From the NCBI GenBank assembly GCA_951406725.2, contig OX597838.1:27342001-27406000 (forward strand): a stretch of DNA of 64,000 nucleotides. The letters are read 5' to 3'. Of this stretch, positions 26,181-38,477 are shown piece by piece. Origin of the DNA: Octopus vulgaris. Its lineage: Eukaryota. Under the pieces are notes generated by a model. It saw only the letters and a program-made list of their open reading frames with translations, was not told the DNA's origin and ran no database searches. The stretch's first letter is position 1. Every line of letters starts with the position of its first letter. The position numbers and the translations under genes were made by a program.

Positions 26181-26665
26181 CTGAAAATATTTATAATATA
26201 GGTCCTTTTGCTTACATGCCAACAAACTTCCAGAAATCTTTAAAATTCATCATACACGTGGTCTCTGGTTCAGTTCCACGTCATGGCACCTTGGGTCAGA
26301 AGTGTCTTCTACTATAGTTCCTGGCCAACCAAAGCCTTGTGAGTGGTAAGCAGGAACTGAAAGAACAATGTTGTATATCTAAATACATTGTGTGCTTGCT
26401 TGTCCACTTACGCACCCTTGTGTGTGTAACCTTGTTCTGGCATCCTGTTATAGTCGTAGATGAGCATCACTGTCATTCAAGCGGTGATGTTTGTTATCAG
26501 ACTTCCATGTCTTGCCATGGGGGAAATATTAACTTTGTTTGGAAATAGGTGGGCACTGGTAACTGGAAGGGTATCTGGCTGTAGAAAATCTGCCTCAACA
26601 AATTGTCTGATCCATGTAAGCATGAAAAGGTAACCATTGAAATGATGATGATTATGATGATGATG
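25750..26665. mobile_element. Family-A SINE (minus, 25750-26112), (TA)n, then head A + tail F (plus, 26255-26665)
   Basis: Module matches to other copies in the window. Confidence 0.75.
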
Positions 26666-26829
26666 ATAAATTGTATAAATTTAGATTATTGATAAAGAAA
26701 AATGGAAAGCGTTTAGTTCTTGTGCATAATGGCCCCTTCTCACTTTAATTTGTACAACTAAATATCTGGTGGGTAAAGTGTATATTGTACACAAATGTGC
26801 CGCCTTTGACATTTTTTTTCCATTCTAAG

Positions 26830-27170
26830 GCTCATTGGCTAGAACATCGGGCTCACAATCATGAGGTAGTGAGTTCGATTCCTGGACTGGGCTGCGTGTT
26901 GTGTTCTTGAGCAAGACACTTTATTTCATGTTGCTCCAGTTCACTCGGCTGTAGAAGTGAGTTGTGATGTCACTGGTGCCAAGCTGTATTGGCCCCTTTG
27001 CCTTACTCTTAGACAAAATCATCAGTGATGTGGCGTAGTATGGAGAGGGGAAGCTGGGATTCATGGGTAACTGCTGGTCTTCCATAAGCCATCTTGCCCA
27101 GACCTGTGCTTCGGAGGGGAATTTTCTAGGTGCAATCCCATGGTCACCCATGACCAAAGGAGTGTCCTTA
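26830..27170 (+). mobile_element. SINE head D + tail X
   Basis: Matches the reverse complement of 36712-37052. Confidence 0.8.
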
Positions 27171-27807
27171 AACTATCATATACAGCTTTTCTACTTTGAA
27201 TTGTTTCCTATCTATCCATATACCTCACAATATAAACAAATTTATAATATTTTTCAGATTGGGTGTCATCCTCATCCTTTTTGCAGACCTTCACCTGAGG
27301 AGGCCTGCAAAATTTAAGGCCCCCTCACTGTTCTTTTTCCTTTTACTGACACCAAATAAATATAAACGAAGAGAACATCACTTTGTTATTTCAAGATTAT
27401 CACATTCACAAGATAAAATAACTTCTTTATTTTCAGTAAGCAAAATTATCTCTTATAACACCACCCTCCGCGAATCTCTCACTTTTTTGTTTTTTTTCAT
27501 TTTTTTCTCCTTGGTTTTTTTTTTTTTTTTTAATGAAGCCACCACACTGTTGTAATTAAATAAATATACCGTCTTATACAATTACCTGTATGTGTTGTTT
27601 GGTAAATTAATTCTTTTCCTCGAAGTCAGAGAACAATATATAATGGTTTTGAATGCCGCTTTCTTTTCGCTCTTGTTATTTGCTAGTGAAATCCTGTTTT
27701 GGAAAAACAACTTCTTTTTTTATCTGGCTGCTTGTTTCTATGCATCACTTTATATACACACACCTGTATACACACATGCATACATATATATATGCACACA
27801 CACAGAG

Positions 27808-27856
<49 letters not shown>

Positions 27857-28349
27857 TAGGTGCATATATATATACACACACACACACTACACACAAACAC
27901 GCGGATATGCATATATGCACATGCTATACACTAGCGCATACATAGACATATGCATATACATATATACACATACACCCACCATTCACAAATACATATATAT
28001 GTAAACATATCTGCAAGCCAATAAGGAAGGCTCTGTGGAATCACCTGACTTGCTAGAAATGGCAGCAAAATTTTCTTCATATTGCACCCTACTATTTAAA
28101 AAAGGGGAAGGATACGTTGAATGATATAGTCCTAGATACACTATGTCTGCAAAAAAAGAGAGAAAAAGGATAGTCTTATCTTGTAGTGTCTTTAATCATA
28201 AGTCCCCAAGTAATCAGGACTCACTAGGAGCTAGACAACAACAGCTGCAAGTTGTCATCAATTAATACCTTTCTGTTTTACTGCCAGCATAGCTGTGACC
28301 ATGCTGGAGCACCCCCATAAAAATATTTTTCTAAAGGAAACAAACTGTA

Positions 28350-28514
28350 GGTGCAGGAGTGGCTGTGTGGTAAGTAGCTTGCTTATCAACCACATGGTTC
28401 CGGGTTCAGTCCCACTGTGTGGCACCTTGGGCAAGTGTCTTCTACTATAGCCTCGGGCCGACCAAAGCCTTGTGAGTGGATTTGGTAGACGGAAACTAAA
28501 AGAAGCCCATCATA

Positions 28515-28556
<42 letters not shown>

Positions 28557-28772
28557 CATGTATGTATGTGTGTCTGTGTTAGTCTCCCTAGCATTGCTTG
28601 ACAATCGATGCTGGTGTGTTTATGTCCCCCATCACTTAGTGGTTCGACAAAAGGGACCAATAGAATAAGTACTGGGCTTACAAAGAATAAGTCCCGGGGT
28701 CGAGTTGCTCGATCAAAGGCGGTGCTCCAGCATGGCCGTAGTCAAATGACTGAAACAAGTAAAAAGAGAGTA
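28350..28772 (+). mobile_element. SINE family A, young full-length copy
   Basis: gcaggagtggctgtgtggtaag...internal (TA)n/(TG)n...gtcaaatgactgaaacaagtaaaa. Confidence 0.9.
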
Positions 28773-29202
28773 AAAAAGAGTAGTTACTTTTATGAAGGAC
28801 AGGTAGAATTGTTGGCTCAGTGGATAAGATGCTTAGCAGCATTTCTGCTCTTTGTGTTCTAAGTTCAAATCTCACTGAGGGCAAGTTTGCTTTTCATCCT
28901 TCTGGGGGTTGATAAAATAAGATAACAGTCAAATACTATAATCAGCTTGGCCCCTCCCCTCAAAGATTGCTGGCCTTGCACTCTGCAACAGACTGGTGTT
29001 TCACTCAGAGGAGAAAGTGTGATCTTGGTTACTTATGTATGCTATGGTAACTGGTCTTATGAGTCCTGCGGCTCCAGAAAATAAAGAAGGAAAAAATACT
29101 AATCATTAAGATTTGATATATCTTAGCTGTTATATTCTACAGATCTCTGCTGACTTTATGCCTTCAAGGTAAAACGAGGTTAAAAGAAAGGAATTATTTG
29201 AC

Positions 29203-29425
29203 CGACCCTTTTGATACCAACCTGCCTAAGACTGTCTATGCCGCTTTGATACAAACTTCATGCTTAAATTGATTGAAATTAAGACCACCTTTCAAAATTT
29301 CATGTTGATTTCTGTTCCAAACACCAGATTAATAATGACAAAGTTACTGTACAAAATTCTTCATCATTTTCGAAATTGGCGCAAAGGCAGTGTATTTCAG
29401 CAGAAATATGGTTGCAAAAGGGTTA
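29203..29425. mobile_element. TTAA-MITE family 2
   Basis: ccctttt gatacc ... gaaatatggttgcaaaagggTTAA. Confidence 0.65.
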
Positions 29426-30021
29426 AAGAGCTTTATTAATCCTTTTACTGCAGAAATCAGATACATCTACTCAAAATTTTGTTGCCTGTAACTGTGAAAA
29501 GCAGTTTTATTTAGCAAACTATCTCTTGTTGAAAAATATTGAGTTTGAAACTATTTTATGTTGAGATATATTAAGTTTATATGGGCAATGTGACTTACAG
29601 ACAATACTGATCCTATTTCAGCAGGAGGGGTTAGTTGATTGCATTGACTCCAGTAGTCACTTGGTACTTAGTGTAAACAACTTTGAAAGGGTGGACATGT
29701 GTTTTTCATGGATGACTGGAAACAAACAACATCATTTATAAGACAATGCAGATGATTCACACCCAACATGTCAAGACAAAAGTTTACACACACACACACA
29801 CACACACAACAGGACAGGCTTCATTCAGTTTCTATCTATCAAATCCGTTTACAAAGCTTTGGGTGGCTTGAGACAAAAGTAAAGTTTTTGAGGGAATGAT
29901 TTAGTTAGAATCACCAACCACACTTTTACACTATTTGACTGGTATATATTTTATCTATGTCGTAACAGAATTACCTGTTCTCTTAGCTTTTATATTACAG
30001 TATTGAAATTATATATAAAAT

Positions 30022-30057
30022 CTCTTAATTTTTCTTTTCTTTATTTTTCAGGTAAGT
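30022..30057 (+). promoter_or_regulatory. Candidate recursive splice site (3' acceptor fused to 5' donor)
   Basis: Branch-point-like CTTAAT (30024-30029), ~20-nt polypyrimidine tract, CAG (30049-30051) immediately followed by consensus GTAAGT (30052-30057), in non-repetitive flanks. Confidence 0.55.
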
Positions 30058-30246
30058 CATCTTGTTGAGTTCTTCAGTTCTTACAAGGAATGAGTAACGG
30101 ACATCAATTTTGGCAATTTGCTGTAATTTCTTCCTGATGGCAAAATACGACTGTAAAGGTTTTGATAATTTCTATTATTTATACCTTAAATGTTAATTCA
30201 TATTCCATAATGCTGGCTTACTTTTTTGGTAAATATACATATATTT

Positions 30247-30409
30247 AGGCGCAGGAGTGGCTGTATGGTAAGTAGCTTGCTTACCAACCACACAGTTCCG
30301 GGTTCAGTCCCACTGCGTGGCACCTTGGGAAAGTGTCTTCTGCTATAGCCTCGGGCTGACCAAAGCTTTGTGAGTGGATTTGGTAGATGGAAACTGAAAG
30401 AAGCATGTC

Positions 30410-30484
<75 letters not shown>

Positions 30485-31290
30485 ACCGATAGAATTAGTA
30501 CTGGGGTCGATTTGCTCGACTAAAAGACAGTGCTCCAGCATGGCCGCAGTCAAATGACTGAAACAAGTAAAAGAGTAAAGAGTAAGAGTATATGTATATG
30601 ACTCACATATCATGAAGTAGTGAGTTCAATTCCCAGGCCAGGTTGTATGTTGTGTTCTTGAGCAAGACACTTTATTTCACGTTGCTTCAGTTCACTCAGC
30701 TGAAGAAGTGAGTTGCAGTGTCACTGGTGCCAAGCTGTATCGGCCTTTGCTTTTCCCTTGCACAACATCAGTCACATGGAGATGGGGCTGGTATGCATGG
30801 GCGACAGCTGGTCTTCCACAAAAACAACTTTGCCTGGATTTGTGCCTTGGAGGGGAACTTTCTAGGTGCAATCCCATGGTCACTCATGACAGAAGGAGGC
30901 CTTTACCCTTTATAATATATCATCATCATCACCGTTTAACGTCCGTTTTCCATGCTGGCATGGGTTGGACGGTTCAACTGGGGTCTGGGAAGCCAGAAGG
31001 CTGTGCCAGGCCCAGTCTGATCTAGCAGTGTTTCTACAGCTGGATGCCCTTCCTAACGCCAACCACTCCGTGAGTGTAGTGGGTGCTTTTTACGTGCCAC
31101 CTGCACAGGTGCCAGAGGAGGCTGGCAAACGTTCACGATCAGATGGTGCTTTTTACGTGCCACCGGCACGAGGGCCAGGCGTGGCTGGCAACGGCCACAA
31201 TTGGATTGTGCTTTTTATGTGCCACTGGCATGCAGGCCAGTCGGGTCGGCGCTGGCAATGGCCACGTTCGGATGGTTCTCTTACGTACCA
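30247..31290. mobile_element. SINE cluster: A (+, 30247-30590), D+X (+, 30600-30910), E (-, 30918-31290)
   Basis: Module matches; E copy carries ~60-bp internal repeats 'ggtgctttttacgtgccacc'. Confidence 0.8.
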
Positions 31291-31594
31291 TATATATAGC
31301 ATTGTCAGATAAATTTGTTCACTCCCACCCCTATTTATTCTAATTCTTATTTTTCATCAACAATTTTAATAAATCAGTCGATAATATATTTCCCTTCATT
31401 GTTCATGACTTCTTGCCAATGTTCTGCTAGCTTGCCAATCCCCCTTGATGGTAGAAATCACCAAGTTTTGGCTCGATTCATCAAGCCATGTTTTCAGCTT
31501 GAGATATTCTGATACATATTTTTGTACACCTTATGACTGTACAAACTAGACTCCGATTACCTTACTGGATATTTATATATATATATATATATAT

Positions 31595-31935
31595 AAAATT
31601 ATGGAGATGTACTTGCATAGCAAGTGACTTGATCTGAGATGGTGTGCTGAAATAAAAACAATTGCAGTGTGGAAGGTGTTTCTAAGCCATTTAAAAACAA
31701 AAAAACGTTTGATTCACTTCAACATTTATATTTAATTTGTCGAAATATTTTTATCGCTTTGAAACCGCGACCTGTTCACTGACAAAATTTCAGCACGAGA
31801 TGCAGCATGAAATTTTGCCAGTGAACAGGTCACAGTTTCAAAGCAACAAAAATATTTTGACAAATTAAATCTAAATGTTAAAGTGAATCAAATGGTTTTT
31901 GTGTGGTTTTAAACACCTTCCATGCTGCAATTGTT
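31595..31935. repeat. Long imperfect hairpin insert between TA tracts
   Basis: Arms ~31657-31791 and ~31808-31935 (aattgcag..tggaaggtgttt...gacaaaatttc / gaaattttg.cagtg...aaacaccttcca..ctgcaatt) plus a unique ~60-bp flank. Confidence 0.8.
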
Positions 31936-31941
31936 ATATAT

Positions 31942-32347
31942 AGGCGCAGGAGTGGCTGTGTGGTAAGTAGCTTGCTTACCAACCACATGGTTCTGAGTCC
32001 AGTCCCACTGCATGGCACCTTGGGCAAGTGTCTTCTACTATAGCCTCGAGCTAACTAAAGCCTTGTGAGTGGATTTGGTAGATGGAAAACTGAAAGAAAC
32101 CCGTCGTATATATGTATATGTGTGTGTGTGTGTGTGTGTGTATGTTTGTGTGTCTGTGTTTGTCCCCCCAACATCGCTTGACAACTGATGTTGGTGTGTT
32201 TATGTTCCTGTAACTTAGAGGTTCGACGAAAGAGGCTGATAGAATAAGTACTGGGCTTACAAAGAATAAGTCCTGGGGTCGATTTGCTCGACTAAAGGCA
32301 GTGCTCCAGCATGGCCACAGTCAAATGACTGAAACAAGTAAAAGAGT
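31942..32347 (+). mobile_element. SINE family A, full length
   Basis: Matches 28350-28772. Confidence 0.9.
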
Positions 32348-32414
32348 ATGCCTCTATGGTAATTTGCTTTGATCTGATCTGATTGATCCGCCCCCTCTCT
32401 CTCCCTCTCTCTCT

Positions 32415-32446
<32 letters not shown>

Positions 32447-32942
32447 ATCTATATATATATATATATAAATTTGGGGTCGATAAATTAAGTACCAGTTACG
32501 CACTGGGGCCGATGTAATTGACTTAATCCGTTTGTCTGTCCTTGTTTGTCCTCTCTGTGTTTAGCTCCTTGTGGGTAGTAAAGAAATATATATATATATA
32601 TAAATATATACACACATACACTCTCTCATACTCCCATATGTCTATATATAGTCTAGTATGTATTTACTTCAATATCCAGCTTGATTCTGTTTTCATACCT
32701 GCCTTAGTTGGGGCTACATTTATTCTATATTGTTATGTTACTGCATTAAACCAGTCCCCCACCCCATTTTATTGTGTTCTCTGCTAATCGCTTTGCACAA
32801 GATAAATATTTTTGCTTCAGTTGCAAAATATTTATTCCTGTAACCGCTGTAAATGTGTGTGTGTATGTATATGTATAAATATGTGTACATTTAAATGTAT
32901 GTACATATATGTGTATACATCTGTGTGTTTGTGTGTGTGTTT

Positions 32943-32981
<39 letters not shown>

Positions 32982-33387
32982 CATATACATACATATATAT
33001 ATACATACATACACATCCTGTCTCATTAATTTTGCTTTTCTTTCTTTCACTTTCATCTCAGTTTTTCACAATCCCTCTTTTTCTCTCTCAATTTAAAGAT
33101 TTGGACAAATATATCTCCAAGCCAAGACTTTTCCCAATATTATAATTGGCAATCTCTAATTATATTAAAATTAATTACATTTTCAATTTTATTTCTTCTT
33201 GGGGAAAAAAAAAAAATAAGTCCTTCTTATTAATTTTTCTATATTTTCAAAGATGGAAAGAAACCAAAAAATTTTGAATTTTTTAATCGTTATTTATCAT
33301 TATTTATTGTTTTTGTTTTTATGAAATAAGTGGGCTGGTCCTTTGTTGTGTGTTTCTGTGTATATGTGTGCCTATGTGCGTGTGTAT

Positions 33388-33436
<49 letters not shown>

Positions 33437-33832
33437 CATGTGTGTGTGTTTATATGTGTATGATTGTGTGTATATGTATTTGTATGTGTATGCATTTATG
33501 TGTGTGTATGTATGTGTATATATGGGCGTGTATGTGTGTATATGTTCTGATGTGTATATGTAAGAGCAAGACAACCAGATTGGTCAGTGTATTATGGAAC
33601 TACCTGTTCAATTCAAATACATTTCCACAGTTTCATTGCTATTTGGGAGAAAGAACCCCTTTATCTCTACATTAGCCTTCCAACTCATGCTAATGAATTA
33701 ACTGGTCTGCTAGAAATGATAACCAAATCTTCCTTTAATAACACCCTAAATAGAATAATGAGATAATGTGGTCCATTGACACTTCCAAAAGACAGGATGG
33801 TGATGACAGCAATGTATCTGATCTTGATCTGT

Positions 33833-34562
33833 TATCATCATCGGTTAACGTCTGCTTTCCATGCTAGCATGGGTTGGACGATTTTGACTGAGGGCTGGTG
33901 AACCAGATGGCTGCACCAGGCTCCAGTCTTGATTTGGCAGAGTTTCTACAGCTGGATGCCCTTCGTAACGCCAACCACTCTGAGAGTGTAGTGGGTGCTT
34001 TTACGTGCCACCGGCACGGGGGCCAGTTAGGCGGTACTGGCAACAACCTCACTCAAATCCTTTTATACATGCCACCAGCACAGGTGCCAGAAGGCGATTT
34101 TGGTAACGATCACGCTCGAATGGTGCCCTTTTACATACCCACTGGCACGGAAGCCAGTTGGCTACTCTGGCAACGATCACGCTTGGATGGTGCTCTTGGC
34201 ACCCTACTAGCATGGGCACAAGTGCCAGTAGGGCGACGCTGGTAACGATCACGCTTGAATGGTGCCTTTTAAGTTCCACTGGCATGGAAGTCGGTTAGCC
34301 GCTGTCAATAATCATGCTCGTATGGTGCTCTTTGCACCCTGCTAGCACAGACGCCAGTCATCGAATTTGATTTTGCTTTTGATTGGTTGATTGTTTTCAC
34401 TTGCCTCAACAGGTCTTCGCAAGCAGAATTTTAGTGTCCAAAGGAGGAAAATGTACGCATAAGTGGGCTGGTTACACCCCTGGCATAGGCCATGAGATTA
34501 TGGTTTCATTTGGCTTGCCCGGTCTTCTCGCACACGGCATATTTCCAAAGGTCTTAGTCACT
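33833..34562 (-). mobile_element. Long family-E element with internal ~65-70-bp tandem subrepeats
   Basis: E tail at 33833-34010; repeated 'aacgatcacgct.gaatggtgc' units 34060-34340; 5' part resembles the reverse complement of ~14250-14330. Confidence 0.7.
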
Positions 34563-34834
34563 AGATATATCTGTATAAAAGCATATCAACATTTGTATAA
34601 AGGCATTTCAACATGCAAATAGCAGGGAATAAAATTGTTCGGTTGCAGGTTTGCAATAGGCCAGCCATAGTTTCCTCTGGACTTTTGATAGCAAGAGTGA
34701 CAAATGAGTGTCTGTAAGTTCAAGCAGAACAAATATTACAAGGGATTTAGTTTATAAAGCACTGCTTTCTTTTTTTTTTTGTTCTTTCTTTTTTTGAGTG
34801 GTGTGGTTTTATTGCCAACAAAAGTGTGTGTGTG

Positions 34835-35208
34835 TGTGTGGTTAGTAGCTTGTTTACCAACCACATGGTTCCAGGTTCAGTCACATTGCGTGGTACCATG
34901 GGCATGTGTCTCCTACTACAACCTCAGGCTGACCAAAGCCTTGTGAGTGGATTTGGTAGCCAGAAACTGAAAGAAGACTGTTGTGTATATATATATATTG
35001 TGTGTGTGTGCGTTTGTATATCTGTTTGTCCCCCCAGCATTGCTTGACAAACAATGTTGGTGTGTACATTCCCCGTAACTTAGCAGTTTGGCAAAAGAGA
35101 CTGATAGAATAAGTACTAGACTTACAAAGAATAAGTACTGGGGTTGGTTTGTTTGACTAAAGGTGGTGCTCCAGCATGGCCACAGTCAAATAGCTGACGT
35201 AAATAAAA

Positions 35209-35210
<2 letters not shown>
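34835..35210 (+). mobile_element. SINE family A
   Basis: Matches other A copies. Confidence 0.85.
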
Positions 35211-35238
<28 letters not shown>

Positions 35239-35243
<5 letters not shown>

Positions 35244-35440
35244 ATCCAAACATGAAAACACAAAGAGAAAACACAACAACGCGAGGACGTGGAACAAGTA
35301 TAGTATTATTGGACGGTCAGGAAAGAAGGAGGGTTTAATGTTTCGAGTGGAGCTCTTCGTCAGAAACATAGGAAAAGGAAAGATCCAAAGAAGGGAAGAC
35401 GGAGGAAAAAAATCGCCAACAGTACATAAGCGGTCACATT
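35239..35440 (-). mobile_element. Hammerhead-bearing element, subfamily P1
   Basis: Minus 35367-35333: gttt-CTGACGA-a-gag-ctcca-ctc-GAAACATT-aaac; TA tracts on both sides. Confidence 0.75.
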
Positions 35441-36529
35441 TTATATATGTATATATATATATATATAATAATTTTATGTCTCTTTTTCCATGCTGGCATG
35501 GGGTGGGACAGGCCAGAGGGCTGTGCTAGGTCCTTTGCTGCTGTTTTCTATGGTTTCTACAGCTAGATGCTCTTCCTAATGCCAACCACTCAACAGTGTA
35601 CTGGGTGTTTTTATAAATAGAACTCAAAAACATACTTTTAATTTATTTCTAATAAGCAGAACAATTAGAAAATGCCATACATGAAACTTTTAGCCCTTGA
35701 GGCACTTTTCTGGCTTTTTGCCAATTAAAAGAATAAAACGATGTATATCATCGTCATCATCCTCCTCCTCATTGAACATGTATGTATGTATTACTGTAGC
35801 AATATGAGTTAATACATTGTGCACTTTATTTAAGTTACATAAAAAATGGATTTGCCATGACTCTGGTTGATATTGATTCAAAGCAATCACAAAAGAGCTA
35901 TGTAAAGTTTACATAGCAAATATTATTTTAATGTCTGGTAGTTTGCATTAAGTAGATCTCCACCCACTTAATATATCATCGATATGTATGTATGTATGTA
36001 TGTATATATGTATGTATGTAAACAGTGCTGAATAGGAGATTTAGTCCTTTTATCACAACATTATAAGTTACATAATCTTTACACATGTTTCACTTGCAAA
36101 TCTAATTTGTTATGCAGTAGTTGTGACACAGGCAGTTGCATGAAACACCGTATCTTCAAGAAAGAAAAAAATAGTAATTTAACCTATTTATACCAACTTT
36201 AGTTGGTTGACAGTGCTCTCTCTCTATATATATATGCATATATATATATGTATAGAGAGGGAGAGACAGAGAGAGATAATGATGCAAATAACACCTGGGT
36301 TCCTCTTATAACTCTTCACAGACTTGATCCTTGGTAAAGACTTCAGAGTGCGAGTTCAAATCATTTGAGTGCTATTGTTTTCTATATTGAACATCTCTGG
36401 ATCTCATCTGTTGAGTGCATACATGCATACATACACACACACATATACATAGATATGTACACACATACATTCTCACCTTCTTCCTAGTTCTCCCATGTGA
36501 CCCCTCTGTCCAGCATTTGCCATGGTAGA

Positions 36530-36700
36530 TCGCTGGCCACTAAATCCTTTTTATTTTCTCTCCCTATTTATTTCTGTGTTTCTTTCTATCAAAGAGTGTA
36601 GGCTCAAAACGTTAAAAACTTTTTCACTTCCCGAGTGTTAAACTAATACATCTGTTTGTTTTTTACACAGCTGTCTTTTGTTTTTTTGTAAATTCTCACT
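36530..36700 (+). mobile_element. P2 element, degenerate hammerhead
   Basis: cttt-ctatcaa-agagtgtaggctc-aaaacgtt; rest homologous to 23520-23708. Confidence 0.65.
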
Positions 36701-36711
36701 ATATATATAAA

Positions 36712-37052
36712 AAGGGTAAAGGGTAAAGACCCCCTTCGGTCATGAATGACCATGGGATTGCACCTAGAAAGTTACCCTCCTAGACACAAGTCCGGGCAAG
36801 GTTGTTTATGGAAGGCCAGCAGTCGCCCATGCATACCAGCCTCCCCTCTCCACGCCACCAGTGTAATCCAAGGGAAAGACAAAGGTTGATACAGCTTGGC
36901 ACCAGTGACGTCGCAACTCATTTCTACAGCTGAGTGAACTGGAGCAACGTGAAATAAAGTGCCTTGCTCGAGAACACAACACGCAGCCCGGTCCGGGATT
37001 CGAGCTCACAACCTCACGATCGTAAGCTCGACCCTCTAACCACTGAGCCATA
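36712..37052 (-). mobile_element. tRNA-derived SINE head D + tail X, full-length young copy
   Basis: Minus strand: atggctcagtggttagag...gagctcgaatccc...gaccgaagggggtc then (TTTACCC)2 tail. Confidence 0.9.
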
Positions 37053-37139
37053 TATCGTGTGTGTGTTTGTGTCTATGTATATATTTCTTTATTAAGATAT
37101 ATAGTGTCTATGTATACACATAATGTTGGTCTTCTGTAC

Positions 37140-37316
37140 AGTTTACATCAGTTTGGTTTTCAAGTTTTTTGGTGAGGGTCCAAATTTCAGCACCATATAA
37201 CAAAACCAACTCGACTGCGGAAACAAACCACTTAATTTTCGATTTACGTGCCATGTAGATTTTACACAGTTTGTGGCACGCACTCCAGACAAGTGCCTTC
37301 CACACAGCAAAGTCCT
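37140..37316 (-). mobile_element. RTE-like LINE reverse transcriptase fragment
   Basis: KDFAVWKALVWSACHKL...KIKWFVSAVELVLLYGAEIWTLTKK resembles the post-RT LLYGxExW motif of RTE-clade LINEs. Confidence 0.75.
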
Positions 37317-37320
37317 TTAA

Positions 37321-37539
37321 CCCTTTAGTGTTCACATTATTCTATCAAACATAATGCTTATTGATTCCCATTGACTTGAATTAATCATGCATTATCTCAT
37401 ATCTTCAAGATCTTGATGGTGTAATTACTTAATGTAGAATAACATTGTAGGGTAAGTGTGAGGGCCTGGATCTGGTCAGTTTGAACATAAAACAGATTAC
37501 ATATTTTGGCCAGATATGGCCGGTTTAAATACTAACGGG
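37321..37539. mobile_element. TTAA-MITE family 1 (inverted relative to 24263-24483)
   Basis: TTAA (37317-37320)|CCCTTTAGTGTT...ATACTAACGGG|TTAA (37540-37543). Confidence 0.85.
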
Positions 37540-37876
37540 TTAATGAGCCACAGACTACTACCATTTTGATATCTATGCTTGTTTTGCTGAGAACTTGGGG
37601 TACATTCTTGAGATCCATTCCGGAGAAGCCTGATATGTGGAGAACAGAGGATATTTCTCTTTGTGTCATTGCAGTGATATCCATGCTGATATCTGTGCAG
37701 AAGTTTTCTCATTGGTTAACGATGGTAAAATAATGTAGGTTTAGGCAGAAATGGTAAGAAAACATTTTGAATTAATGGGAATGATACAGCAAGGGGAAAG
37801 TAAAATGGTTCTTGAATTTATTGCATTTGCCATATATACGTATATGCATGCATATATAAAAGCAAACACATACATG

Positions 37877-37933
<57 letters not shown>

Positions 37934-38477
37934 GCACATGCACTCACACAGACACGAACATTTGCATACACACACACACGTATATATACAAGCAAACTTA
38001 CATATGCATGTGCTTACATGCATATATGACTCCTCACACGCACATATTTACACATGCACACACACATATGCATATATACATGTGTGCTCACACACACATA
38101 TATATGCATGCACATACACACGCATGCATCATCTCCCCCCTCCCTCCCTCATAAACATTTGAATAACTCACTTAAGGTTTCAGTTACTCAGCTCTATTCA
38201 CATAGCTGACTTTGGAGCAAAACAGCATAGAAGATAACCTGGCTAACCACCACCACCACATCAAAATACCATCAAAATGGTATTTGGTAGAAAAAAATCA
38301 ATAATATGTGATTTTTTTTTTTTTGTATGAATACTGTCTTTATTGTCGTTTTACACTAAGGCAATGTTAGGAAAAAATAAATAAATAAGTGGAAGGGAAG
38401 AAAACCTGAAAAGGATGACAGTTTCATCTTAGTTAAATATTCTGTTTGGTAGCCATCGTTTGTTTCCAGTTTTACAA

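Noticed and set aside
36712-36727. (GGGTAAA)2 as telomere-like repeat
   Set aside because: It is the short tandem tail of SINE D+X, also seen at ~30900.
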